A DNA stretch of 63,523 nucleotides, filler included, from Basidioascus undulatus (lineage: Eukaryota), in assembly GCA_000826855.1 (NCBI GenBank). It is 3 parts of 3 records of this genome, joined end to end, with 100 filler letters (N's around TTAATTAATTAA, not from the genome) between each part and the next. Parts side by side here need not be neighbours in the genome. Positions count along the whole stretch, not along the records: positions 1 to 18,664 come from JTLS01000453.1; positions 18,765 to 37,388 come from JTLS01000454.1; 1 more part is not named here. One strand, 5' to 3'. The notes below the pieces were generated by a model that did not search any database, was not told the DNA's origin, and saw only the letters and a list, made by a program, of their open reading frames with translations. Numbering within the stretch: the first letter of the stretch is position 1; each line of letters begins with the position of its first letter. This document shows, piece after piece, positions 13,199-25,263 of this stretch. A program made the position numbers and the translations under genes.

Positions 13199-13776
13199 CA
13201 GGCTGGTGCTGGAAACTCGAATATAAAAGGTTTTCGAGTACAATTGCTCACACGACGCGGGCGTCCCAACAGGTCATGAAGGAAAAGAAGACGATCAAAT
13301 GAGCTGCACAGTGCAACTGCGGCTGAGAATACAAGGCATGGATGAACGCGGGCGTTTTGAATTATATCATACATCCTGCCCGTTTGCAATCCTGCCGTTT
13401 TTTTTTCCGTTTGATGTCGACTGCCACTGCTTCTGCGTGTCGATGGACGGTGGTGCCCCGGGACAAGCCTGAGATGCCTGTGCTCCCAGTTGCTAGGAGG
13501 TAAAGTCTATCGTAAGAGTTGATGTTAGTTTCACTGAAGCAAGAAGCTAAGAGTGTTGACGACACAGCCGAAAACATTATGCGTTGCATCGCTGTGAGCT
13601 GGTTGAAATGGCTGAAAGCGGGTACAGCCGGGAAGACTCGGCTCAAGACGGCGATCTCTCGGGGCAAAGATCGCCCCGGCGCTTGCCTTCATGCCATCGC
13701 CCCTCGCCCAAACCAATCGCTATGTGCTCTCACTCTACCTCTTCTCACCGCCATAACATCCATCACAGCGACCACG

Positions 13777-14223
13777 ATGAGCGCCGCAGCTACTTCTAGC
13801 CAGACGGCCTCTTCCACACCCTCAGATTCGAGCTCCACCTCAGGCTCCAGCTCGCTGATCTCCTCTCTCCTTGTATCTCTCTCCTCGATCTCCTCCTCTT
13901 CCAACCCTCCGCCGCCCCCAACACCCCTTTACGCACCAGCGGAGGTACCGCGCATCATGAACGCGCGGCGACTCACGTCAACGCGCACGAAGCAGCTCGT
14001 ACGAGCCGCGGCGCGTGCGCACGACGCCCCGCCCCCGCCGCCTTCGCTTGGCGAGTGCTGCGGCAGCGCATGCGACCCGTGCGTGAAGGACTTGTGGAAG
14101 GAGGAGCTGGAGTGCTGGAGGGAACGATGGGGGGATGGGGCGGTTGAAGGAGCAGGGAAGACAAAGGGGGAAGGGAAGGACGTTAAAGTGGATACTCGAA
14201 TGCCTGGGAGCTTGGATTGGTAA
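13777..14223 (+). CDS. Oxidoreductase-like domain protein (OXLD1-like, CCGSxCxPC motif)
   Basis: Intronless ORF containing PPPPPSLGECCGSACDPCVKDLWKEELECW. Confidence 0.8.
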   Translation: MSAAATSSQTASSTPSDSSSTSGSSSLISSLLVSLSSISSSSNPPPPPTPLYAPAEVPRIMNARRLTSTRTKQLVRAAARAHDAPPPPPSLGECCGSACDPCVKDLWKEELECWRERWGDGAVEGAGKTKGEGKDVKVDTRMPGSLDW

Positions 14224-17200
14224 CGTTACAATTATTCACACTTGAACGTCCTTACAACGCCTCGTTGGATCAATCGCGATCATTGGTCATGTCTTTGTTA
14301 GGCGCGGACCATCGGCGTTCTTGAACTTCATCCAGGCGAGGAGGCTAGCCCACTGCTGGATCAGCTGGCGTCTTCCTCTGTGCCCAGGCTCTCGCTGGTT
14401 CTCTTCAGCAGCCGAGCTGGTGCATATCATAGAATGGTTTCCACGAAAGTAGATCGACTCGTCAGCCTGGCGACCATGGTCGGCTCAGACCGTCCGCTGG
14501 CTCTGGGCCGTGTCGCTGTTTGCCTCAGCTCTCACCGGCGTACTTTCAACGCCCTCCTACACCGCGCGACACATTCTTTCGATTTTCGTTTGCTTAAAGT
14601 CATGCATGGCTCAATTACTACAAAGGGAACTCGTCCTCGCTATAAATGCTCACTTCCTTTCACTGTCGAGCGCAGAGGCGTCGATGAAACGCTTGACTGT
14701 CCGACGCGATTGTGGCAAACCAAGCCGTGCTGGTATTGAGTCAGTGGACCAACTCAGTGGCAGATAGGTTCACCTCTGTACCTTCTTTGGTAAATGCCCC
14801 CTAAGGGCTCTCGGTCTCATGGCTTATGTGTGCGTCACCTATAGCGTGCTGTGCAGTGTCAGCGCCGGTGTTTCCTTCTCTGCATTTCCGCTATATATCA
14901 TGAGACAATACGCTACATTCCATCGCTGACTCCGTACCGACTAATAAGTTAGAGTGATGCGGAGTGATAAGCTCTCCCTTCGCATTTCCGCTCCCCTGTA
15001 GTGAGCCGGTGGTACCTAATGAGTGCGTTCGATCCCGTCATTCTCTACTGTGCTGAGTCGGTACGGAAGAGAGAATGCGGTGGGGGGTAAGAGGAGCCGG
15101 CTTCGCCTTCTCTTACTTATTAGGTCTGGTTCCGTGCCACTCTGCCGCGACTCCGATACGACCAGCTAATATATTTCTGAGATTGTCGGTGAACAGTTCG
15201 GGGACGAGGCGTACGTTAATGTACCAACCAGCGGAGCAAGGCGCCGTTGCTGGGCTGCAACATGTTCGTGGTCAGTCCAGCTGTCGCCTGTATGGTGAGT
15301 CCTTTTTTCGAGAACACGAATGTCCGTGGAGGTGCTCCAGCCGAGGATATCAGCTCGAGTCAGGCGCAGTCATCCGTGAGGTCAGTCACGGCCCTCACGC
15401 TTAAACCTAGCCAACCTGAGACGTCCGCAGACTTGAATCGCCGCTGTGCCAGGCTGGGACGCCTCCTTCGACAACTCCTCTCCCCTCACCGACGCGCCCA
15501 AATGGCTGCTCAACAACCAGTGGCTGAAGGGGAACTACCCTGACCTCACTGGCACGCCGAAGCTGGCACGCCCGTGGCTCGTTCCTGCGAGCAACAGGGT
15601 CAGTGCGCACGCGCATGTGGTTCTCTCCCAAAGACTCTGACAGTCAGTGGGAAAATAGGAGGAGTTTGAAAATATTCTTCCGAACTTCGATGAGAACTGC
15701 ACGGGACGCGGAGAAATGTGCCATCCAGGTATGTTGAGTGCACTTTGGGCCGGGAATGGAAGGCGGTTGCCGAAACATCGTGGATCGTGATGGTGGTATT
15801 GGCTCGGGCAGCAGAACGTTGCACACGAGAAGACTTACACGAACTGGCAAGTAAAAAAAGATTCTTTTACTAGTAGAATTCGCGAACGCTGACACGGTTT
15901 GCTGCAGTGTCGACTTCGTCGTCGGTAAGGGCGCGACGGAAGTGCTGCTCCGCGTGGATCATAGTCACCCAACCCCTCGCTTTCAACATACTCAGCCGGC
16001 AACACCAGCGCTCACTCATCATCTGACCGCCATATGCGGCGACAGCGCGGGATTGGTTCGTGGAGGATGGGGACGGATCACTAGGCCCGCTGGACGGAGT
16101 GTAATCAGCTGGCCTGACTATTGTCCTGGAGGATGGCTCGGTGTTACTTTGATGATTTAGTTTAATTTTATTTCGATAATGGGATCAGTGCATCCAAATG
16201 GACTACAGCTTGTCGTGCATCTCCGCCAGTACGACAGTCAAATGTGTGCCTCGTAGAGGGTCGCATTCTTGTCCCTCAGGCCGAGTCCCTCTGATATGCG
16301 CAAAATGATGTTAGAATGACCACAGGACTTTTGGACGTTCTAATCGGTCGTCTGTCCGTGACAGTGAGCGGTGAAACGCGGTGAAAGGTACTTCCGTGAG
16401 GGCATTGGCAAACAGTTTGCTCGTCGACTTGTCGCCATCTTTCGTGGACTATCGCTTAGGCCCAATTCTTAAACCTAAAACTGCGAAAGAAAAAGGAATA
16501 CAGTGCTGTACAATCAAAGTCGGCAAAAACCTTTGCTGACTCTTAGTGAGTGCTTCGCTCGCTTTTAGACCCTTTGAAATACATGAAACCTGTGAAGTGT
16601 GCCCAGAGATGGCCGGAACCGATTCCTCAATTTTGAAAAATTCGAAAAAGTAGCTCTCAACTTTTGGCCACCCGAGTTACGGTTACCGGATCACTATTAA
16701 ACCACAGTAAACTGGCATTCAAACTTACTATTGAAGGAACTTGAGCTGCAGATGCCTTCCTCGTAGCACTGATCGTGTCAAATAAACTCTTTTCGTACAC
16801 GCACCCACCCACACTGCCTTATTTCCTGTGCCATTATCCCGCCATGCAATGTGGAAGCTCTAAAAAGCAACATGGTCCCTCTTTATGATCTGTGACAGTG
16901 CACGTTGCAGCCTTTTTTGACTTGCCAGGCCACCACTCCGCTAACATCTAGTTCATGGAGAGAAAATACAGAAATCATGTTAACGCTCCAATGCTTTGAG
17001 CAAAAAGAAAGACCATGACACAGTTTGAACACCACGTTTCCTGCTCGAGTAATGTCCATCTACACCATAAAGACATATTCTGTGACTACCATTACTTTCT
17101 TCAAGTGTCGCCGTACTTTTACTCACAACCAACGTTGAAGCGTCTTCCTTGACCAAGGCCTTACTATGGGGGTTCCTTCTTGACCTTCGGGTCTAGCCGG

Positions 17201-17628
17201 CGGACCCTAGGGCGGGCCGTGGGAGTCTACTGACTGAGATTTTGGCCAGCAGATCTTGGCCACCCCTAGAGTGCCCCGTACAGGCTGGAAGGGTCATAGA
17301 AGGCTTTATATTGGTTTAAGACATATAAAAGGTATTCTTGTTGATTGTCAGAGCACTCTGAAAAGGTGGGGAGAGGTTTGGGGCATTTGTCGTCTTTTGA
17401 GTGTTTAAGAATGTGAGATGTGAGAATGCCTATCAGTCAAGATGCTCCCGCCCGGAGCCTGCCCTGAAGCGTGGGCGGGCGGGCCAGAGGGACGCGCATG
17501 TGCCACCACCCTTTCCCCACAACCATCACCACCCTCACCTCCTCGCACTCCCCCGCTTCTTTATTTCGACCGTTCCGGCCGTTTCTACGTGTCTTCAGCT
17601 TCTCCCCGTCGAATTTCGCACTTTCGAT

Positions 17629-18664
17629 ATGGTCAGCTTCTTTCCGCTCCGAAGCGCGTCGAGGCGGACGACCGTCATGGCGCTCAAGCCGCGACGCGAC
17701 CCTCTGACACGACTCGATCGATCCTCGCTCGCTTCCTCCCGCACGTCCGATTCCTGACACCTCCTGCGCACTCTTTCTACCCCAAAGTCCGCCATGAACG
17801 TTGACCGCAGCCTCGACGACGTGCGTTTCGTGCACCCTCGCTCGTCCCCCGCATGCGCTCGGAGCACTCAACCGCATCTTTCCAACAGATCATCTCCGAG
17901 AAGCCTCGCACTGGCGGTGGCCGCCGCCGTGGTGGTGGTGGTCGGCGCGGCGGCGGCGCTGGTGGCGCTGGGTCGAACGCTCGGCAGCGTTACTCAGGCA
18001 CCGCCCCCGCTTCCGGCGGCGCTGCGAAGTCAAAGAACCCCCCTCCTCCGCCGGGCGAGCACAAGAAGATCATGGTCTCCAATCTTCCCCCGGATGTCAA
18101 CGAGCAGCAGATCAAGGTGCGTGACTCGGTTGCTGCTGGGGTTGGGCATGCGGGGGCAGGTCTGACGGGCCTCTCTTGCCCCCCGTCTGCAGGAGCTTTT
18201 CACCTCCACCATCGGCGGCGTTGCGGACGTCACACTCCACTACGATGCGAAGGGCAAGAGCAAGGGCGCCGCGCTCGTCACCTTCAAGCGTGACGGTGAC
18301 GGTACTCGCGCGTACAACGACTACAACAACAGGCTGATTGACCAGCGTTAGTACTCCTCTTCACTCGCCCTTCTTTTCCCTTTACGCAGATCTGCCTTCC
18401 GCGCGTCCACCAACGCCTCATCTCCGCGCCTGGCTTGAGAAACCGCGCGTCCGAGTTCCCTCAGCGTTTGACCGCCACGTGGTGATCCTGTCGTACACGG
18501 AATCTGGTCCGCAGCAGGCCGGCGAGCGGAGGCGAGCCCCCTGCCGCAGTAGCGACCTGCCAGCGTTCAAGACGCTCCGCACGCACCGCACTCGTCCGCC
18601 CGTACACGAGCGGCGCGGCGGCAGTGCGCTGCGTGCAGACGACCGCGACCGCGACCGTGGGCGG
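17629..18664 (+). CDS. YRA1: mRNA export adaptor Yra1/ALYREF (RRM); 3' end not seen, presumably in the gap
   Basis: ATG-only first exon (17629-17631), then SAMNVDRSLDD|II (REF N-box), RGG region, RRM KIMVSNLPPDVNEQQIK|ELF...YDAKGKSKGAALVTFKR...YNNRLIDQ. Confidence 0.9.
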
Positions 18665-18764
18665 NNNNNNNNNNNNNNNNNNNNNNNNNNNNNNNNNNNN
18701 NNNNNNNNTTAATTAATTAANNNNNNNNNNNNNNNNNNNNNNNNNNNNNNNNNNNNNNNNNNNN
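18665..18764. other. Assembly gap with TTAATTAATTAA linker
   Basis: 44 N + TTAATTAATTAA + 44 N, the same structure as 37389-37488. Confidence 0.95.
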
Positions 18765-19489
18765 TGCTGGAATGAACCATACGTCGACATTACTGCTCCC
18801 GTCCGTCCACAGCGCTGCGTTCCCTTGTCCTTCCCTCAGAATTGTGCACCGGACATTACCACTTCATCCGCTCACCCTTTATGTGTACTTGTGTTTGATG
18901 AGCGCTGAATGTTCCCACAAGTCGTATCGACAGGCAGACCCGCTGACCCGCGAATGCAAACAGGGCAAATGAGCAATGGGCAGGCTGAAGATGTGAAACG
19001 GCCTCGACGAAAAGGCGGCAGGCTCGCCCTTTCGCCGCCGTCCTCCTCGTTCGCCTCCGCTTTTAACGCCCATTCCAGCTATCTACCATCATCGAATTGA
19101 TCAATCGAACGGTTTACTGACCCTTTCGAGTCGCGTTTGGTTTGGATGCCTCCTTGAATATGCCTCGATCTTCGCCGTACAGCTCCACATATACACACGT
19201 CCGGCTGGCACGGCGGTCCGCTGCACTGCGTCTTGACCTCGTGCCCCAACCATCGATACTCGATACTCTCAGTCGTTTCCTCAAACTTTTCGTTGACGTT
19301 ACCCACGTCTTTCCCGTCGCTGGCCGATAAGCTGTTCATCCTGTGCTTTGCGTAATCTGCTCTCAATCGAATGTCCCTGAAGTTCGCCGCCCGTACTGAT
19401 GATCACTCTGTGCACTTGGCAGGGTCACACTATTTCATTCACTTTTTCGCGAGCCGGTCCTCCCCACTTCGACTCCCCATCCTCCCGCC

Positions 19490-21154
19490 ATTCACGGCCA
19501 CGCAGCGCGTTCGCTCCTCCTAGCCCTCGGCTTCGTCCTCCCTGTCCTCGGCCACACTCACGAGCACTCGCACCTCTTCTTTGAAACCCTGCTTATGATG
19601 GGCTCCGCGAGCTGCACGGACGACAACTAAACGACACTGCCGCCAAGTTCAGTCGCTTCCCTGAGGTGGTCTCCCTACTCCAAGGTGCGCCTTTCTTTCG
19701 CAGCGCTCTGCAGTGCGCTGTGTCGCTGAAATGGGTGCAAACTTCCAGGCAACCAGCAGTTCTCGACCAATATCGAATCGAGCAACCCCGGCTTGCTGAA
19801 CCAGCTCGCCGAGAACGGTCAGAAGCCGAAATTCATGTTCCTCGGCTGTGCGGACTCGCGGGTTCCCGAGGCGCTCATCTTGCAGACCTTGCCGGGGACG
19901 ATGTTTGCCGAGGTGCGCAACTCGGCTTTCAAGGTCCCCTTCCCGCGTCTTGTGGCTCACTGCGGGAAAATTACAGCGCAACATCGCAAATCAATGTGCG
20001 TCGGCTGGTATTTCCTCCCCTCGGTAGACGTCAAGCATTGATACTCCGCTGTCCCACAGACAACCCGACGGACGGTCAACAGCCAGAGCGTCCTGTCCTA
20101 CGGCATCACCCATCTGGGCGTGCAGTACATCATGTCCGTGAATTTCATTAACGATGAGATGCAAAGGAACGCATCTTGACCAGTACAGGCTCTCAGGTGG
20201 TCGGTCACGTCGGCTGCGGTGGTGTCGCAGCGGCCATCGCCTCTCCTCCGCCCGTTCCCATGTCCTTCGGCGATGTGCGTTGTGTCCCTGCACTCTCCTC
20301 TCCTCCCTTCTTTGAAACTTTACTGACCATCAAATTGTTTAACCCCCAGGGCGCAGTCGAGTCCTGGATCGCTCCGGTCCGAACCCTGTTTGCGACCAGC
20401 ACCAGGCCTGAGATCGCGGCGATGCGAGCTGCTCAGGCCACGAGCGCAGCGCCGTTCGCAGAGCCCGAGATCGAGGAGAAGGGGTTCGTCGCGCTGGTCG
20501 AAGAGGTGACTACCCCTCGAGCGTTAGGCCTTTTCAACCTGCGACTGAGCGTCTTTTGGCCCAAACAGAACGTCAAGCAAGGCGTGGAACGTGTCGCGGA
20601 AGATCCCACTGTTTTGAATGCGTACATTTTTTTCCGCGTACCTCTCTTCACGATAGACAGAAACGTTTTCTGATGTCGGGTGAATGTGTAGATGGCAAGC
20701 CCTCACAGCACCTGCGGCCGCCGCAGCTCCGGCAGTCGACCACGCCACTGCACGTCGCTGCTCGCGCCTCACTCCGTACAGGCGGGCGACCGAGGGCGAG
20801 GAGGCCACTGCGCCCAAGGAGATCTGGGTGCACGGGTTCGTGTACGACATTCGAACGTGAGGCTTCCACGCTGGGATGGCTCTTGGCGACTGAGGGAGTG
20901 CTGACGTCGCTCTGGATCGGGATTTCAGGGGACTTGTTCGCGACCTCAACGTCTCTCGCGGCCCCCTGGGCTTCTCAATAGAGCAGGGCGGTCCAGGTAC
21001 GCCAGCTTCTTCCTCCGAGAGCGCTGCTACGTCCGTGTCGAGCACCTCGGTCTCCGCCGCGATTGCTACTGCACCGGTACTTCCGTTCCGGAGGGCGTGT
21101 CTGCGCCGGCGCAAGGCGCCGTTGTGCATGGGTTCGGGGAGACTGGCGAGATAG
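19490..21154 (+). CDS. Beta-class carbonic anhydrase with a predicted signal peptide; disrupted as assembled (possible pseudogene)
   Basis: Zn ligands in FMFLGCADSRVPE and VVGHVGCGG; RNIANQ; ENVKQGV; IWVHGFVYDIRTGLVRDL. Frameshifts near 19585 and 20075. Confidence 0.88.
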
Positions 21155-22147
21155 GAGAAATCGCCGAGATTCAGGCCTAAGGTGTATCAATCTTTTGTAC
21201 TTTACATTCCACTTTTCCGTCCCCAGCGATTCTCTCTTGTACATTGTATACCACTTGTCCGCAAGAATGTTTGCCATAGCGTGTCTTCGCTCATCTGTCA
21301 ACCGAACCACGAAGCGGCTACTTTTGTTGCAGTGGAACTTCAGGAAACTCCTAGTGGTTCGACATCGATCGCAGTCTAACGCCAATACTCTCGTATGTGT
21401 CTTTTGGGGTTCGCACCGAGTCATTGTTGCGTCTCCTTTTACCGCTTCTGTGCATTGTCTGCCCGATGTTGCTTATGATCCCTTTTGTGCTTATGCCACT
21501 CGTCCACTCGTCCAATGAAAGCGCACTGCAATGAGTCTGACAAGCACATGGCGAAGAGAGGCGGCACTCAGCAGAAAGCTCCGGCATGGGCGTTGCCTGC
21601 ATGCTTCGAATCGCGCTCAACCAAGATCCAAGACCCCCGCCAGCAACGCTTCAGGGTTGACCAGGTACAACCGTGCCCTCTCCTTCGCCCTCCCAACCGG
21701 TCCGCCGCCACCCGCATCTCCCGCCGGTTCCGCGCGCCCGTTGACGAGCAGCTTTGGAGGACTCGTGTGCATGTGTCCGTTCGGCAGCGGGTGACTTGGC
21801 CGACTTGGCGAGTGCTGTGACGGCGGAAGGGGATACGCGGAGGAGAGGAGGAGTGCGAGCTGGTTTAGCGAGGAGAGCGTGAAGCGTTCACGCCCTTGCT
21901 GAGGATGCGGGGGGCGGTCGGGCGGCGTGGGGGAAGGCGGCAGTGGTGGGCGTAGCCACAATCCTAAGAGCTGTGCGCCAAAGAAGATCTCTCCAAGAAA
22001 GCTGTTGCGATCGACAGCTCCGACGCTCGTGAACATCGATTCTCAGATTCGTCACACTGTGTCCTACATTCGCTGTAAACAGCTTGTTCATCATCACCAA
22101 CCGAGTAATCTCGACGAACACATATCGCCAAGACCCGAAGAAGAAAA

Positions 22148-24775
22148 TCAAGCAAGCGTGCCTGGTGATATAAACGGCTTTCAGTACCTGTTGCCGTACA
22201 GGAGGAAAGGCAAGGTGCCGAAAGCGTACCCATAGGGTCCCAGGGCTTGAACGCGACGGGGTCGCCCTTGTCGAAGACGGCAACCAGGTCCGCCGGCGCG
22301 AGGTCTGAAGACATAGTTGAGATTAGCTTAATTGTGTCAAAACATTGAAATATTGATCAAGGAATCGGTAACGCACCGCGATCGATAACGACCTGGTACA
22401 GGAACTGGTCGACCCAGCCCGCAGTGGCTGTAACAAGCGATTTCGAGTGAGTTATTCTGAAGATTTAAAATATGAGATAAACTATAAACTCACCCAGGAA
22501 ATAGCCCTTCTCTCCAGCATCAGGGCTCCATGAGTTCTGTTCCTCGTGGCGCAATACCATCAGTCGCCAGCCGAGGGAGAGCCGATGGGGCGCATCGAAG
22601 GGGGCCGCACCTCGATGCGGAACCTGACCGGCTTTCCGTCGACGATATGCGCTCCCGAAATGACAACCGCATGGGTCATACTTGAGTCTCCCGTAGCGAG
22701 ACGCTGGGCCTTCGTCAAGCCGAGCTTGAGGTTGAACTGTGGGCGGGAAGGCAAGTCAGTGAGCGAGGATGCCAGCGAGTTTCTACACCCCCCAAGATCT
22801 TTACTAACTTACAGCGAGCTCATAATCGTAGATATCAATGTCCCACAGACCGCCGTTGCGGTCGGAGAACTGTGTGGTAGGCCACAGTCAGCTTGGTTGC
22901 GTACACGGTGGCGCACGGGTGCCACGCACCTGGCCCGAGTCGATGCCGATAAACGTGAGACGGCCCGCCTTCAAGTTCGTGACGATAGCATCCTTCAGGC
23001 GCTCAGCGGTAGTGTTGACATCTGCAGCAGGTTCAATGTCAGCTTAAGAAAACCCTGAAAGCTAAGGGCGGCGACGTACAGAGCACCGGGCGCCCATCCC
23101 AGACGTTCTTGAGGCGGTCGACGGTGTAGAGCTTGGAGTACTCGTTGCGCGGGTCATTGACGAGCGAGATGTGGTTGCTCGGCTGTGGAGTCCCACGGTG
23201 GGTGTCAGTGTGCCGCAGAAGGGATGTGAGCAGTGGGGTAGGTAGGCAGACGGACCTTGAAGCCCTGCGTGTACTTCTTTGCGAACTCGAGCGGCGTCGA
23301 CGTGATCGAGTGAAACTTGCCGTCCTTGTCGTAATACTCTGTATGGGCATGAGTCATCAGCCGAAATATGGAGAAGCGCAAGAGAATCAAACGTACCCCA
23401 CGCGAACTTCTCGTCTGCCTTGGGTGGCGGTCCGAGAGCGATCACCATGGCGCCATAAATCTAACAGGTGTGCAATGAGTTACTGTCTTCGCCACTAAAC
23501 GACTAGAACTCCCTAATACCTCCTCAATCTGCTCGGTCTTGCGCCTGCGCACCAGCTTGAGCGCCTGGGCGTCGCTGTGCTGCCCGGTGCTGCGCAGCGA
23601 CGCCGCGAGCTTGCGGAGCTCGAGGGCGTGCTCGCGCAGCTTGACTGTGAGCAGCCAGTTGAGGCGCGAAGAGTTGGAGGAGTTGTACGACTGTGTATGA
23701 ACTGGCAAGGTCAGTGTCCATAGGAGGAGAGAAGAGTCAGTCACCGAGTGAACTGACCTCGGGGTAGATCGGCTGCGGGACGAGCCCGTACTTCTCGAGG
23801 AGGTTTACGGCCATGTCTGTGAAAGGAAGGTTCAGTAAAGGTAAACGACACTGGAAGTTGAGCATTTGCTGCTCACCCCACTGGCCACCGTCGCCCACGG
23901 GCGAGCCGTTGATGAAGCTCACGACGCGGGAGTCTATCTCCCTTTTACCGGGTCAGGAAGTGTAAGCTTCTGAATTTTTTAAGGGCAAAGTGCTGTTCCT
24001 AGACGCACTCATCGGCGAGCTCAATGCTGTTCTCGAGGTACGTGTTGGCCTTCTCCAACTTGTCGTAGAAGGACAGGTAGGACTGCGAGCTACACACACG
24101 AAACTGTAAGGTCGCATGACAGGGATACTGATGCTGCTCAGACCTACAACTGGAAGTCGCCCAGGTTGAGCTGCTTGATCGTGTTGTGGCGGAGGACGTT
24201 GGCTGTTTAGAGCGGACAGACGAACTCAGTTCTGCCCCAGCATCTTCTTTTTCTCCCACTGAGAGATCAGAAGGAGCTACGCACTCGTCGCGAATAGCCA
24301 GCAGCGGCCGGACGCCTTCTGGTTGACCACGGGCGTCGCCTCGAACGGAACGCGGAGGTTGAAGATGTGGATGTCCTTGGTGTGCCTGTCACGAACCACA
24401 TCACTTCACATCAGTCTCTAACGATCTGATTCCTGTTCATAACACTCACGCTTCCGTCGACGCCAGCGTCGTGGTGATGTCCGCCTTACTGAAGGTCTGG
24501 ATCGCGAGGCGGTTCTTGGGGTCCTGCACACACGGTCCACCGACCGCGATAAGCTATCAATCACCCCACAGACTGAAACAGGATCCAGCCTCCGAACTCA
24601 CGCGCAAGAACGTCGCCTCCCACTCCTTCAGTGCCTCTTTCTTTACAGTCGCGCTTGCCTCGCCCTCGCGGATGCGCAGGCCCTCAAGGAGGCGCTGCGT
24701 CGCGGCATACTCGGCGGCCTTCTCGTCGACGGCGTCGGGCTCGGGAAAGGTGGCCTTGGAAGGGGAGTTGCCCAT
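22148..24775 (-). CDS. LAP3: Bleomycin hydrolase / cysteine aminopeptidase (peptidase C1B)
   Basis: VVNQKASGRCWLFAT (catalytic Cys), QSYLSFYDKLEKAN, DGGQW, SSMTHAVVISG (His), RIE|NSWS (Asn), C-terminus PWDPMG|TLA*. Confidence 0.96.
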
Positions 24776-25263
24776 GATCTGTAGTGTTTCGTAGGTGGGT
24801 AGGGTGAACGGTTGTGGAAGAGCTTGGAGGGATCAAGGAGTATCTGGTGAGGAGATGGGAGGCGGCAATGGCGACTTCCGAGCGTGAGCATGTGAACGAC
24901 CGCGAGACCGCGAGGGTATCTTGCCTCAACCCACGTGGAACATGTGTCATGATAAGACGATTTCTGTCGTTTCACCACCGTTTCAGAACAATTCGGTTGT
25001 GCTGGTATACAAGCGCCAAATTATTGTCGTCCCCGAGCCTAGGTGAGTTGTTCCTTTCTGACAGAGCGTCCATATTGATGCAATGGGTCGTCATTCGTCC
25101 GGGCAGGTCCGTTTTCTGAAGCAATATACCCCGAGGAAGCTCCCGGTGCGGCTTCCAGCGAGATTACGTCGTTTCCCCTGCAATCGTGTGTCTTCCTCGC
25201 TCGCACAAGCGAGCCTCCTTGGTGCCGAACCACCACCTTCGCAATAACCTATAGTCACTCAGA

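Noticed and set aside
15020..15045. tRNA T-loop-like GTTCGATCCC
   Set aside because: No T-stem pairing or cloverleaf; it looks like an intron 5' end (GTGCGT).
18709..18720. TTAATTAATTAA palindrome inside N runs (also 37433-37444)
   Set aside because: Identical 44N-12-44N structure twice; an artificial contig linker with stops in all frames.
18890..18950. TGATGA...CTGA snoRNA-like boxes downstream of the first gap
   Set aside because: Too short (about 50 nt), the CTGA coincides with a likely branch point, and I recognised no rRNA guide.
21531..22036. Overlapping short ORFs between beta-CA and bleomycin hydrolase
   Set aside because: No recognisable domain or supported gene structure.
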